Origin: Patescibacteria group bacterium
Lineage (GTDB): Bacteria; Patescibacteriota; Patescibacteriia; 2-12-FULL-60-25
Assembly: GCA_039917355.1 (NCBI GenBank)
Contig: JBDSJN010000003.1
Coordinates: forward strand, 135,719-199,718
Reading direction: 5' to 3'
DNA: 64,000 nt
The notes beneath the pieces are model-generated. The model was not told the origin of the DNA. It made no database searches and saw only the letters and a program-made list of their open reading frames with translations. The translations under genes and the position numbers were made by a program. Below are positions 20,198 through 29,526 of the stretch, one piece after another. Position 1 is the stretch's first letter. Each line of letters starts with the position of its first letter.

Positions 20198-20222
20198 TAC
20201 CTATCGGTTGAATGATAGGATA
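20198..20222. promoter_or_regulatory. candidate ArsR operator: inverted repeat TACCTATC-N8-GATAGGATA
   Basis: Imperfect palindrome 27-51 bp upstream of the ArsR start. Confidence 0.35.
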
Positions 20223-20225
20223 GAA

Positions 20226-20253
20226 AGAAACGGGTGTCAACACCCGTTTCTGA
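20226..20253. terminator. rho-independent terminator (aacgggtg tcaa cacccgtt)
   Basis: Downstream of the stop of the 20260-20985 gene. T-run on the minus strand. Confidence 0.65.
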
Positions 20254-20259
20254 TATGCG

Positions 20260-20985
20260 TTATGACGTTGCTCCGGCACTTTGAACCATCGCGTCGATGG
20301 TAGGGCTGATGTCAAAAGAGGCCTGTTCCTTTTCGCAAGCCGTCTTTTGCGATTCGTCGAAGTTCCCACATTGTACCGAGCGAAGCGTAAACGTAAGAAC
20401 AACAGTCTTTCCGCTTTGCGCAAACGCATACGCGTATTGTGTATAGGTGCTCCCCGCCGCACCTTCTGCGACGCGCGTGATGCAATAGGTGCGCCCGTTA
20501 ACCGTCTTTTCTTCCGTTATCCCTGCTCGGGCATTGAGGGAACCTGCTGCCTTGCAGGCGAACGCCTTATCAACGATTTGGATAAGCGGCGGCCAATCAA
20601 CCGTTGAGATGTACTGCGTCGAAAGTTGCTCCGGATACTTAAACGTGATTCCTGTCGTGGTGGAGGTCATGGTCTTCCAAGAAGCGGTTGACGTATCCCC
20701 TGCTGGAGGGACGGCGCCCGTACTCGTCGTGTTCCCATTCGAGCCGGTATTCCCGCTTGGTGCAGCTGGGCAGGCTGCGAACTCGCACTTGGGCCCGGTT
20801 CTCCCAACGGATGAACCATCTGGGCATATTTTTGCTTCCATCGTGCATGCCACAGGTGTGGGCTCGTCAATCACGGGAACATTGGTTGAGAATGAACTCC
20901 ATACGATGTAGCCAACAGCAACGACCATGAGGACCACTGCGATGACGGTTACTGCTTGAGTACTCGTAAATCCTTTGGTGCGCAT
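20260..20985 (-). CDS. hypothetical secreted/membrane-anchored protein
   Basis: N-terminal TM helix, a Thr/Ser/Gly low-complexity linker and a Cys-containing C-terminal domain. Confidence 0.5.
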   Translation of the reverse strand: MRTKGFTSTQAVTVIAVVLMVVAVGYIVWSSFSTNVPVIDEPTPVACTMEAKICPDGSSVGRTGPKCEFAACPAAPSGNTGSNGNTTSTGAVPPAGDTSTASWKTMTSTTTGITFKYPEQLSTQYISTVDWPPLIQIVDKAFACKAAGSLNARAGITEEKTVNGRTYCITRVAEGAAGSTYTQYAYAFAQSGKTVVLTFTLRSVQCGNFDESQKTACEKEQASFDISPTIDAMVQSAGATS

Positions 20986-21087
20986 ATCTGTAAGGTTCGT
21001 GTATTAGATATAGTTCCATTGTAGACCCAAACAAGCAGATCCGTCTAAAAAAGCCGCCCGAGCGACTTTTTAGCTACATGTAGGCAA

Positions 21088-21582
21088 CTACGCCTGATCG
21101 TAGGCTCGTTTTAATTCAGCGATGTCAATTTTTTTCATTTGCATCATCGCTTGCATTGCGCGGGCAGAGCCTGCAGCGTCCGGGCCCGTCAAGAGCTGTT
21201 CCATGTCTTGCGGGACAATTTGCCAGGTGACGCCAAATTGGTCTGTGCACCAACCGCACTGCTCAGCGGCTTTTACCGCAGAAAGTTTCTCCCAGAAATA
21301 ATCGATCTCCTCTTGATCTTTGCACCGAACAAGGAACGAGATCGCGCCACTGAACTGGAACACATTCGGCCCACCATCAAGACACATGAATTGTTGACCG
21401 TCGAGTTCAAACACACCGGTGAGCACTTTTCCGCCCATACCAGCCATAGGTCCTTCGGTGATCCCTTCCGGATAGCGTTTGATCGTGACGATCTTTGAAT
21501 TCTTGAAGACGGACACGTAGAAGTTCATTGCTTCTTCTGAGTTGTTCTTCTCGAACCAGAGGAATGGGGTGATTTTTTGCAT
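21088..21582 (-). CDS. VOC-superfamily protein (PhnB/3-demethylubiquinone-9 3-methyltransferase-like domain)
   Basis: ITPFLWF...GQQFMCLDGGP...GWCTDQFGVTWQI motif set. Confidence 0.7.
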   Translation of the reverse strand: MQKITPFLWFEKNNSEEAMNFYVSVFKNSKIVTIKRYPEGITEGPMAGMGGKVLTGVFELDGQQFMCLDGGPNVFQFSGAISFLVRCKDQEEIDYFWEKLSAVKAAEQCGWCTDQFGVTWQIVPQDMEQLLTGPDAAGSARAMQAMMQMKKIDIAELKRAYDQA

Positions 21583-21597
21583 AGATATGTGAGAGAG

Positions 21598-22674
21598 TTA
21601 GCGGCGCGAAGGCGACTTTTTTTGAGTAGCTGGTGGCTTGGTTATTTTTTTATTTTTTTTGATCATCCGTTCGTATACCCGGAGGTAGCCTTCTGTCATT
21701 TTTTGCTGGCTAAAATACGTTTCCGCACGCTTCCTTGTCGCCTGCCGGCTGATCGTATCAATAGACTCGATCGCCTTTACCATACCATACACACTATCGA
21801 CGATGAACCCGGTTACATTGTCTGCCACGACTTCTGGAACAGAACCGTTTCGCCAACCGATAACTGGCGTTCCACATGCCATCGCCTCGATCATCACGAG
21901 GCCAAATGTCTCATCGTATTGTGTTGGGAATAGCAGTGCGCGTGCGTTCTGGAGGAGTTCAATTTTTTGTGTTTCATTCGCCACGCCAACATACCGGATC
22001 GTTTTGCCGTTGATCTCTGGTTCGATATTTTTATGCCAGTACCCTTCCGCTTGGTAGCTTCCTCCCGCAATGATGAGCGGGACTTTTGCGGCTTTCGCTG
22101 CCTCGATCGCATGGTGGACGCCTTTCTCTTCCGTGACACGGCCAAGGTAGAGGAAGTAATCTTTTGGAAACGGATGGAATGCGAATCGCTCCGTATCAAC
22201 ACCATGGTAGATATTCGCCACCCAGTTCAATTCTGGCATGTGGTGTCGTTGCGCATGCGAAAATGACACATACGAGAGCTGGCGATACTTCAGCAAAAAT
22301 GGATGGATCTCCGTTCGGATCGGGCTGTGGACCGAAATGAGCGTCGGCGTGTTTACGAGCCCCGCGTAAAAGGAACTGAGAAGCGTAAAGTGGCTATGGA
22401 TGATGTCGTAGTCCGCTGCGTTCTTGTAGCAATCAGAAATCAGCATGTTGGTAAAATGCCGCTGGAGGTCTGGTGGAAACGATTGCTGTTCAGCGGCAGT
22501 TTGGGAGATCGAATGGAGCGTGCCTTTTGTCACGGAATCCCCTGCCGCATACAGATCCGCCTGATGGCCGGATTGGACAATCGTATTCGTCAACAATGCC
22601 ACATGCGAGCAGATGGCTTTTGTCGATTCCCGTGAGACAGGGTTGAGGTTTGAAACAAGTTGGGCGATGCGCAT
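21598..22674 (-). CDS. glycosyltransferase family 4 (GT-B)
   Basis: EGFGLV-like motif (ETFGLVMIEAMACGTPVI). The Lys-rich C-terminal tail is encoded by A-tracts. Confidence 0.8.
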   Translation of the reverse strand: MRIAQLVSNLNPVSRESTKAICSHVALLTNTIVQSGHQADLYAAGDSVTKGTLHSISQTAAEQQSFPPDLQRHFTNMLISDCYKNAADYDIIHSHFTLLSSFYAGLVNTPTLISVHSPIRTEIHPFLLKYRQLSYVSFSHAQRHHMPELNWVANIYHGVDTERFAFHPFPKDYFLYLGRVTEEKGVHHAIEAAKAAKVPLIIAGGSYQAEGYWHKNIEPEINGKTIRYVGVANETQKIELLQNARALLFPTQYDETFGLVMIEAMACGTPVIGWRNGSVPEVVADNVTGFIVDSVYGMVKAIESIDTISRQATRKRAETYFSQQKMTEGYLRVYERMIKKNKKITKPPATQKKSPSRR

Positions 22675-22679
22675 ACAGT

Positions 22680-23876
22680 TCAGATGACAGATGAGAACAG
22701 ACGAAGATACGCGGCGAAAACGGTCGATGGGGCGTGGTGTTTTTTAATCGAAGTCTGGAATCGCTTGATGGACGTGCGCGCCAGAAGTGTATGTATCCGT
22801 GTTACGACTTCTGCAGGATGTGTAAAATCAATGATCCAATCGTTGAGGCCGCATGCCTGATATTCGGAAACCCACCCGACGGTTGGAGAGATAAGCGTCC
22901 CTCTGTTTAGGAGGGCGGCTTCCATCACGACCGTTGGTGAGACATCAAAATGTGATGGGAGAATCAGAATATCAGAGGATGCGTAGAAGCGCGAAAGATC
23001 TGCAGGAGGCATGGGTGCGACGACCTCGATCGTCTTGGCGTATCTCTTTTTGAATTGTCGTTTCACTGGGGTATCCGGGATCTTTGTGACGCAACGAAAT
23101 GACCAGTCGAGACCTTGACGTTTTGCTTCTTGCGCAAGCGCGAGGATCGCTTGATGGTTTTTGATCCGGTCCCATCGCGCGACCGACCCAATGACAGTTG
23201 GTCCTCCCTTCCGTTGTTTTATAGAGGAGGGTGCTTCCTTTGTAATAAACTGTTCGTTGTATGGAAGCGGAATGAAGACAGCCTGCTCTGGTGGGACATT
23301 CGCGACACGAGCGCAGAATGCATCATGGCTGAATTCATTTAAGAATACTTGAGCAGAAGCAGCCTCTACGATTTCACGTTCCATTTGTAGCATCGCTTTC
23401 CGAGCGGGCGCAGGAAACATGTCTTTGTATTGTTCAACCTCAACCTGCAAGATCCCCGCGTGCTGGATAACGATCGGAATTTCTTCGAGTCGTGCCGCTT
23501 CGAGCAATTCCCATGCGTAGAGCGAAAATCCGTTCAGGAACAAAAGATCTGGCTGTACACGACGGATAAGTTTCCGGAGGGCCTCAATCTGTACAGAAAA
23601 CCAAACGCGAGGGTCTATTGCTTTTGTAGATTGGAGGAAGGTGCTCGAGTGATTTTTTTGGCGCGTAAAGGAGTAATACTCCGCATTGTGCGCCGTCGCC
23701 GTCTTCCGAACGGCGGTCTCATCTTTTTGCTTGTGTTGATGAACGACGCCGATCCAGGCATGTCCGTGCGCCGCGAGATAGGAGGAGAATGTCCGTGCAA
23801 AGCCAGCCGGACCCCCCGAAGCGGCATGGGACGCGGCTGGAAGGTTGGTTAAATAGTCATTGCTGAGAATTCTCAT
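22680..23876 (-). CDS. glycosyltransferase, GT-B fold (GT4-like)
   Basis: C-terminal ...ILPSHFDVSPTVVMEAALLNRGTLI... similar to GT4 donor-binding region. Confidence 0.65.
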   Translation of the reverse strand: MRILSNDYLTNLPAASHAASGGPAGFARTFSSYLAAHGHAWIGVVHQHKQKDETAVRKTATAHNAEYYSFTRQKNHSSTFLQSTKAIDPRVWFSVQIEALRKLIRRVQPDLLFLNGFSLYAWELLEAARLEEIPIVIQHAGILQVEVEQYKDMFPAPARKAMLQMEREIVEAASAQVFLNEFSHDAFCARVANVPPEQAVFIPLPYNEQFITKEAPSSIKQRKGGPTVIGSVARWDRIKNHQAILALAQEAKRQGLDWSFRCVTKIPDTPVKRQFKKRYAKTIEVVAPMPPADLSRFYASSDILILPSHFDVSPTVVMEAALLNRGTLISPTVGWVSEYQACGLNDWIIDFTHPAEVVTRIHTLLARTSIKRFQTSIKKHHAPSTVFAAYLRLFSSVI

Positions 23877-23935
23877 TGTGAGTAGATACTATCCCATTAT
23901 GGCTATTTCTTCCAGGCGTTCAGGGGAAAAGAAAC

Positions 23936-23978
23936 CGCAGCTTCAATGCCCGACAAAGATGTCGGTAAAAGCTGCGGA
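23936..23978. terminator. long stem-loop, probable terminator of 24013-25122 gene
   Basis: Stem ccgcagctt/aagctgcgg with inner ccgaca/tgtcgg. T-rich on the minus-strand 3' side. Confidence 0.45.
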
Positions 23979-24012
23979 ATCTATGGATGAATGAACGGCT
24001 ACGACAAGTGTA

Positions 24013-25122
24013 TTACGGGAAGACCACGCCCTTCACGGTATTTGGGATTTCTACCCCATCGAGCAAACCACCGACGGTTGCATCGATATTTACGACAGTA
24101 TTCCCGTTTGTATTTGCTTGGGCCGTGTTCCCTGATCTCTGTGCAGTTCCTTGAGCTCCCACAGCTGCCGCACCACCGCCTTGCACCTGTGTGTTTGGTG
24201 CTGCGACTTTTGCGGCGGTGTTGAGTGCGCCGTTCAAATTCAAGATGACTGGTTGACCTTTCTGTATTGTGTTGATAATCGCCTCACCGTCGGCGCCCCC
24301 CTGGGCATGGATATTCAAGAGCGTGTTGTTGCGGAGCACGACATCGTCCGCAGTCCGTGCAGCAGCTTCAAAGAATGCTCCTGCTTCCGCATACGCATTC
24401 CCCGTGAGCTTTGCTTGGCCACCTGCCAAAATATGATCTGCCGCGTCCAGCTGTGCGTTCGCGTCCGCTGTCAGTTTTGCACCAAGAGCTGCTTTTTCCT
24501 TGTCCAACACCACGTGCGCATGTGCAATCGCTTCTTGCGCTGCCTTGAGAGAGACCTGTGCCTGTGCTTTGAGATCTGCGCCTGCTTTGACGCGGAGGGC
24601 AAGACAAAGCGCAAGCGACTCGTTGGCTTCTGCTTGTGCTTTTGCAGCAAGCTGAGCAAGTGCGGCTTGCGTATCGGTATTTTCAGCACGAGCACGTAAC
24701 CCCGCCAATAATTGGACGTGACCATCTAATTTTGCCTGGAAGTCACACGCCGCTTTTGCAGCTCCTGCTGGGTTTGTATCTGCCGCATCGCTCTGGTCAC
24801 GTTGGGCATCGTTGGCCGCAAGCTGGAAGGACGTTCCTAAATTCTTCCCTTGCGACGGCGTCACTTCCCCATTCGCAGCTAACTGCTCACCTTCCTCAAG
24901 ACGATTCGATGCGTAATCAGCGGAGATGCTCGCTCGGTTTACTGGATTTCCTGCGAGAAGGAGAGAAAGCGGCTCACCGATCCCAGTTTTTACGGAATAC
25001 GAGACATCACCCGGAAGCGCATTGTGGGAGGAACAAACAACGTATGCACCTCCGGCAAGGAGGGTTGTGCCCGTAAGGAAGGCTGAGAGTGCACGCAACG
25101 CGGTCGCTGACATGGCTGGCAT
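24013..25122 (-). CDS. secreted Ala/Gln-rich coiled-coil protein
   Basis: Signal peptide from the internal ATG (MPAMSATALRAL). Long Ala-rich helical region. The ORF-track GTG start at 25176 has no usable RBS spacing. Confidence 0.5.
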   Translation of the reverse strand: MPAMSATALRALSAFLTGTTLLAGGAYVVCSSHNALPGDVSYSVKTGIGEPLSLLLAGNPVNRASISADYASNRLEEGEQLAANGEVTPSQGKNLGTSFQLAANDAQRDQSDAADTNPAGAAKAACDFQAKLDGHVQLLAGLRARAENTDTQAALAQLAAKAQAEANESLALCLALRVKAGADLKAQAQVSLKAAQEAIAHAHVVLDKEKAALGAKLTADANAQLDAADHILAGGQAKLTGNAYAEAGAFFEAAARTADDVVLRNNTLLNIHAQGGADGEAIINTIQKGQPVILNLNGALNTAAKVAAPNTQVQGGGAAAVGAQGTAQRSGNTAQANTNGNTVVNIDATVGGLLDGVEIPNTVKGVVFP

Positions 25123-25235
25123 ATGAAAAAAACAACGGAAATAAATGGATAAAAACGCGATACCTATATAATACACCTCCTTAAAAAAATAAAAAACCGC
25201 ATCTCCAGACCTTTGGGGTGTAGATACGGTTGAGG

Positions 25236-25862
25236 TTACGGCTGCGTGACGATCGTCTGGAGCGCGCCGCTCGCATAGTGCTCGCGTTCCAGCTCCTTCA
25301 ATCCGCTCTCGCCGATGAGACTCGCGTTGTCGCTGAACGGCCGACAGTTGATCGCGAGGCGTGCCAGAGGCCAGGTGGCCGTGAACAGCGCCTTCATGCC
25401 CAGCGTCTTCGGAGGAAAATGTTCGAGAAAGAGCACGCGTCCATCCGGCTTGCAGACTCGTCGCATTTCACGGAATACCGTGAGCGGGTCGTCGAGCTGG
25501 CATGCGACCAGCGTCATGACGACGGTGTCGAAGTGTCCCTTGTCGAACGGGATACTCGCAATGTCGCCGACCTGCGCGTTGAAGCGAGCACCGCAGCGTA
25601 CGGCCTCCGCCTCTGCTTTCTGGAGTGCGTTGGTGGAGATGTCGATACCGACGATATCGCAGCCCTCCGGATAGTGATGGAGGTTCTTGCCTGTGCCCAC
25701 GCCAACTTCCAGAACGCTCCCCAAGGCGTTCTGCGAGATGAGCACTTTTGCGGCTCGATTTAACACCATCTTATCGGCCAACTTCGTCAGGAAGTTGTAA
25801 CCATTGCCGAGACGGTCATACGCTTTTTCTGCTTCTTGCGATCGTTGTTCCACTGGATGCAA
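25236..25862 (-). CDS. class I SAM-dependent methyltransferase (UbiE/COQ5-like)
   Basis: VLEVGVGTGKN motif I and downstream acidic motif II. Confidence 0.75.
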   Translation of the reverse strand: MHPVEQRSQEAEKAYDRLGNGYNFLTKLADKMVLNRAAKVLISQNALGSVLEVGVGTGKNLHHYPEGCDIVGIDISTNALQKAEAEAVRCGARFNAQVGDIASIPFDKGHFDTVVMTLVACQLDDPLTVFREMRRVCKPDGRVLFLEHFPPKTLGMKALFTATWPLARLAINCRPFSDNASLIGESGLKELEREHYASGALQTIVTQP

Positions 25863-25943
25863 ATCTCCTTTTTGTAAACGACAGGTACTGAGCTTGTACC
25901 AAAAAAAGACTCACTTTGTCAATGGTTGTAGTGCGTCTCTGAG

Positions 25944-26177
25944 CTATTTCAAACGGATTTGCGTGACCTTGTAAACCTTCCCTTTCTTATCGTATGTCGT
26001 CCACTCCCCAGTCTGCTTTCCTTTCGTAAAGGTCCCAGAACGCATTTTTGACCCATCTTTTCGGAACCATTCCCAATACCCTTCTGGGACGCCTTTGATT
26101 GTCTTCCCTTTTGCCCATGGGCTCCCATCCGCATGTCGGACGGTATGTGTTCCTGACGAAGTTGTCTTTTTTGGCAT
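25944..26177 (-). CDS. MORN-repeat (YwqK-like) small protein
   Basis: GxWxxYxxxG repeats (EGYWEWFRKDGSKMRSGTFTKGKQTGEWTTYDKKGK). Confidence 0.5.
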   Translation of the reverse strand: MPKKTTSSGTHTVRHADGSPWAKGKTIKGVPEGYWEWFRKDGSKMRSGTFTKGKQTGEWTTYDKKGKVYKVTQIRLK

Positions 26178-26178
26178 A

Positions 26179-28608
26179 TTACTTTAGGAACGCTGGTGAG
26201 ACGCGAATGATTTTGTCATCCCCTGCTCTTGGTGTACCACGATCATCGCGATTGGAAGTTGTGAGGTAGAGGAATCCGTCTGTTCCCACGACGACGCCAC
26301 GCAGGCGGCCATACGTCCCTTGGAAGTATTGCCGGAAACTCGTAATCGCTCCTTCGGCATTCACATCAGCTGCATAGAGGGATTCTCCACGTAGCCCCGC
26401 AAAAAAGAGCGTTCCATTCACATACGCGATCCCAGATGGCGCCCAGGTCACAACAGAGCTGGAGTTTTTTGCCGGTGTGACCATCCCTGCACGCGTCTCA
26501 CCCCCTTCGATGGTAGGCCAACCATAATTTTTTCCCTTTTCGATAAGGTTCAACTCATCATATCCAGAGACAGCCCCTGATCGGCCATGTTCCGTTTGCC
26601 ACATACGGCCTTGCGCATCCCATGCAATTCCTTGCGCGTTTCGATGTCCATACGACCAGATCGCTGTCCCAAATGGGTTATCGCTTGGGATTCCACCTTC
26701 TGGCGTAAGTCGCAACGTCTTGCCCGCAAGTGAAGATATATTTTGTGCGTTTTCAGAGGTGTTTGCATCACCTGTCGTGAGATACAACATCCCGTCTGGT
26801 CCGAAGGTGACCTGCCCACCATCGTGATAGATCGCAGAAGGAATGCTATCGAGAATGACTTTATCAAATGTCAGCTTGTCTTCATCTAAACGGAACCGTG
26901 CGATCTTGTTCCGAAGCGGATCATTTGTTGTGTAGTACAAGTAGACGAGGTGGTTCGACGTAAAATCCGGATGAAGTGCGATGCCCATCAAGCCGCCCTC
27001 CCCTGCCCCGGCAACTGCGGGAATTGGGAAAGAGAACGGGTGTTGACCAATACGACGCAACGTCCCAGGACGTTCCGTTACAAGCATCTGGCCATCAGGA
27101 AGGAACGCGATATCCCACGGCACATTAAGGCCGGTTTGGATCGTCTTTGCAGCGTAGGAGAGGAAGTCCGTCGTGTTGACGAGGTGAACGCTATCAGAAT
27201 CGTATCCCGAAGCGCGCAATGTCGCCCACGTCCCAACGGCACGGCCATCGCTGATCGAGAGGACTTGCGCATCGCTCTCTCGCCAGATTAATGCTGTTTC
27301 TGGATAGCTTTCGAGTTCCGTCTGGCTAATGGACGCAACATCAACGCCTGTCCAACCATAGGACGACATCACTTGGGGATTCAGGATTTTTCGGCGATAG
27401 CCTGTGTCATTCAAGAGGTAGATCGCGCTCGTCCCCGTCACGCGCACGAGCTTGTCGTTCGGAATTGAAGCGACCGCGCCAGCTGGAAGCGTGTAGACAT
27501 CCTTGTCCGCATAGCCATAAGACGCAAAGACCTGCGCGGTCTTGAGCAGTCGTTTTTTATTGGAATGCATCACATAGATCCGCGAATCCCCGTCGGCGCG
27601 GATTAACGTCCCATCTTGGAACTGCGTATTTGGTGTGGGGTACGCTGAAGCTGTTCCGACGAGTTTGAGTGTCTTTTTTTCTGGGTCCAGCTCGACGAGG
27701 GTCGCGCTCACGTTATTGTCTCGTCGTGTTTCAGCGAAGCTCGCGTCTGGGTCAACCGAAAAGGTTAATTTGTAGACGCCCGCAGGAAAACCCGTCACAT
27801 CAAAAAATTGATCCGGTAATGTTGATGGATAGACATCCGCCCAGCCGATAGAGACGCCCTGTGTTCCTCCGCCACATCCCATATATTTGCGGCCTTGCTT
27901 TGCGCCGTCTGCTGGTGCCCCGATCGCTTCATCATCGCGCATGCAGAACGTGGTTTTTTCGGTCATGGTTTGTGCCACAGAGGCTCCAATAACAGCTGGC
28001 CGGACAAGCTCAAGCGTGTAATGGCCAAAGTCATCATAATGGAAATGGTTGTGGATTTCGTGCCAGAACAGAATTCCAACCGGTCGATCGGCCGTCGTCC
28101 CGTCCGCATGGAATATCCGTTGGAACGCATTGAATGAACTATCAACTGCTGCATTCGCAGCTGCAGGGTCATCTGTATGCAGTTCAAGCGCGCCCTTCCC
28201 TCGGTTCCAAAACGTCGCCGTAAAACGAAGACGCGTGCGACCGTCCTCGACCGCATATCTCAAGTCGTACGGCGCAACAGGTGCGAGGTCTGGAAGAAGG
28301 CTGTGGTCGATCGGTAATCCAAGCGGCGACGTCGAGGAGATCGCCTCCCCTTCTGGTTGTTCGTCGAGTTGGTGTTGGTCAACAGTATTCACATCCGACC
28401 AACGGAACCCTTGTGCCGAGAACGCGGCTTCTGTCGTGACCCATCGCTTTTGTCCGCCTTGGATAAAATAGACTTTTGGGTCTTGGAGACTATGGACGAG
28501 CGTCCCTTCGAGCAATGGGCCGCCATGGGCAGAAGCGGTTCCGGCTACAGCGCTGAGTGCAATAACAGTCGCCAATACGAGATTGGACTTCAAAAAATGA
28601 CGAGGCAT
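26179..28608 (-). CDS. secreted multidomain oxidase: lysyl-oxidase-like (LOX) catalytic domain + soluble quinoprotein glucose/sorbosone dehydrogenase-like beta-propeller
   Basis: Signal peptide. LOX copper site FWHEIHNHFHYDDFGHY, LTQ-lysine motif EKTTFCMRDDE and GWADVY...QFFDVTGFPAGVYKL. The C-terminal half carries GSDH motifs (PWDIAFLPDGQMLVTERPG, GGQVTFGPDGMLYLTTGD, YGHRNAQGIAWD). Confidence 0.7.
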   Translation of the reverse strand: MPRHFLKSNLVLATVIALSAVAGTASAHGGPLLEGTLVHSLQDPKVYFIQGGQKRWVTTEAAFSAQGFRWSDVNTVDQHQLDEQPEGEAISSTSPLGLPIDHSLLPDLAPVAPYDLRYAVEDGRTRLRFTATFWNRGKGALELHTDDPAAANAAVDSSFNAFQRIFHADGTTADRPVGILFWHEIHNHFHYDDFGHYTLELVRPAVIGASVAQTMTEKTTFCMRDDEAIGAPADGAKQGRKYMGCGGGTQGVSIGWADVYPSTLPDQFFDVTGFPAGVYKLTFSVDPDASFAETRRDNNVSATLVELDPEKKTLKLVGTASAYPTPNTQFQDGTLIRADGDSRIYVMHSNKKRLLKTAQVFASYGYADKDVYTLPAGAVASIPNDKLVRVTGTSAIYLLNDTGYRRKILNPQVMSSYGWTGVDVASISQTELESYPETALIWRESDAQVLSISDGRAVGTWATLRASGYDSDSVHLVNTTDFLSYAAKTIQTGLNVPWDIAFLPDGQMLVTERPGTLRRIGQHPFSFPIPAVAGAGEGGLMGIALHPDFTSNHLVYLYYTTNDPLRNKIARFRLDEDKLTFDKVILDSIPSAIYHDGGQVTFGPDGMLYLTTGDANTSENAQNISSLAGKTLRLTPEGGIPSDNPFGTAIWSYGHRNAQGIAWDAQGRMWQTEHGRSGAVSGYDELNLIEKGKNYGWPTIEGGETRAGMVTPAKNSSSVVTWAPSGIAYVNGTLFFAGLRGESLYAADVNAEGAITSFRQYFQGTYGRLRGVVVGTDGFLYLTTSNRDDRGTPRAGDDKIIRVSPAFLK

Positions 28609-28656
28609 ATCCTCGTCATTTTATCCGTTCTGGTTGATCCGTTCAATCCTAGATGG

Positions 28657-29337
28657 TCAATAGTTCAAGTACGGGAGGACATCCAGCCAATTATCGATGT
28701 CGGTTGTCTCTTGGACGTACCCACGGATGTCCGTTTTGGTACCGCGATGGACCCCGAGATGCAGGTGCTTGCGTACACCGTCTGTTTCCGGGCTATATCC
28801 TTTCCCTAATACGCCAATTGTTTCACCACGAAGGAGAGCTTGGCCTGGTTCTGGGAGGATGCGTTCCAAATTCAAATGGCCGTATAAGACGATCACGGGT
28901 TCTCCATCCAGCTCGCAAGACTGCAAGGCGTAACCTCCATATCCCTTTGCGAACTGCTTTGCGAGGAGCGGGCCGTCGCAAATAGCGAACACGGAAACAT
29001 CGATGTCCTGCTCTTCTGGCGTCGTCTCAAAATCAACACCAACGTGATAGCCATTGAAGCGGTCATTTGGCACGGGGGAGGTTTCAGGATGGATTTCCAT
29101 GCCAAACGTCTTCTTGGTCACGCGACTCAGCGCGTCCGTAAGTGGTAATCCGAGTTTGGTAGGAATGGGCGCAACTTTCTCCTGGATAACTGGTTGGGTA
29201 GCAGGAGCCTCGATTGCGACGACCGGTGCAGCTTCAACGACCTGCACGCGTGGGGATGCATAGCCAAAAGCTACGCTCAAGGTGATGGCCAAAAACGCAG
29301 CAACGCCAGATACATGGACAATGTGGTGAGCCCGCAT
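28657..29337 (-). CDS. M23 family metallopeptidase (secreted)
   Basis: HxxxD (GYHVGVDFE) and HLH (HLHLGVH) zinc motifs. Signal peptide. Confidence 0.75.
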   Translation of the reverse strand: MRAHHIVHVSGVAAFLAITLSVAFGYASPRVQVVEAAPVVAIEAPATQPVIQEKVAPIPTKLGLPLTDALSRVTKKTFGMEIHPETSPVPNDRFNGYHVGVDFETTPEEQDIDVSVFAICDGPLLAKQFAKGYGGYALQSCELDGEPVIVLYGHLNLERILPEPGQALLRGETIGVLGKGYSPETDGVRKHLHLGVHRGTKTDIRGYVQETTDIDNWLDVLPYLNY

Positions 29338-29526
29338 ATATGTCCATATAAAACCACATTTTTACGGAATTGTCAAGTTTACATGACAATTTGTTATGCC
29401 TTGCCCGCCGCCTTCTTTTTGTAATAGCCCGGGTAGCATTTTGGGCAAACAGGACGAGCGCTACTCTTTTTAAAGCGATGGCCACGACTGCAGATTGTCC
29501 AGACAGGAGTCATATACGAGACGGTA

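Noticed and set aside
25123-25176. GTG start proposed by the ORF track for the Ala-rich secreted protein
   Set aside because: The only GGAGG lies immediately adjacent to the GTG with zero spacing. The internal ATG gives a proper signal peptide.
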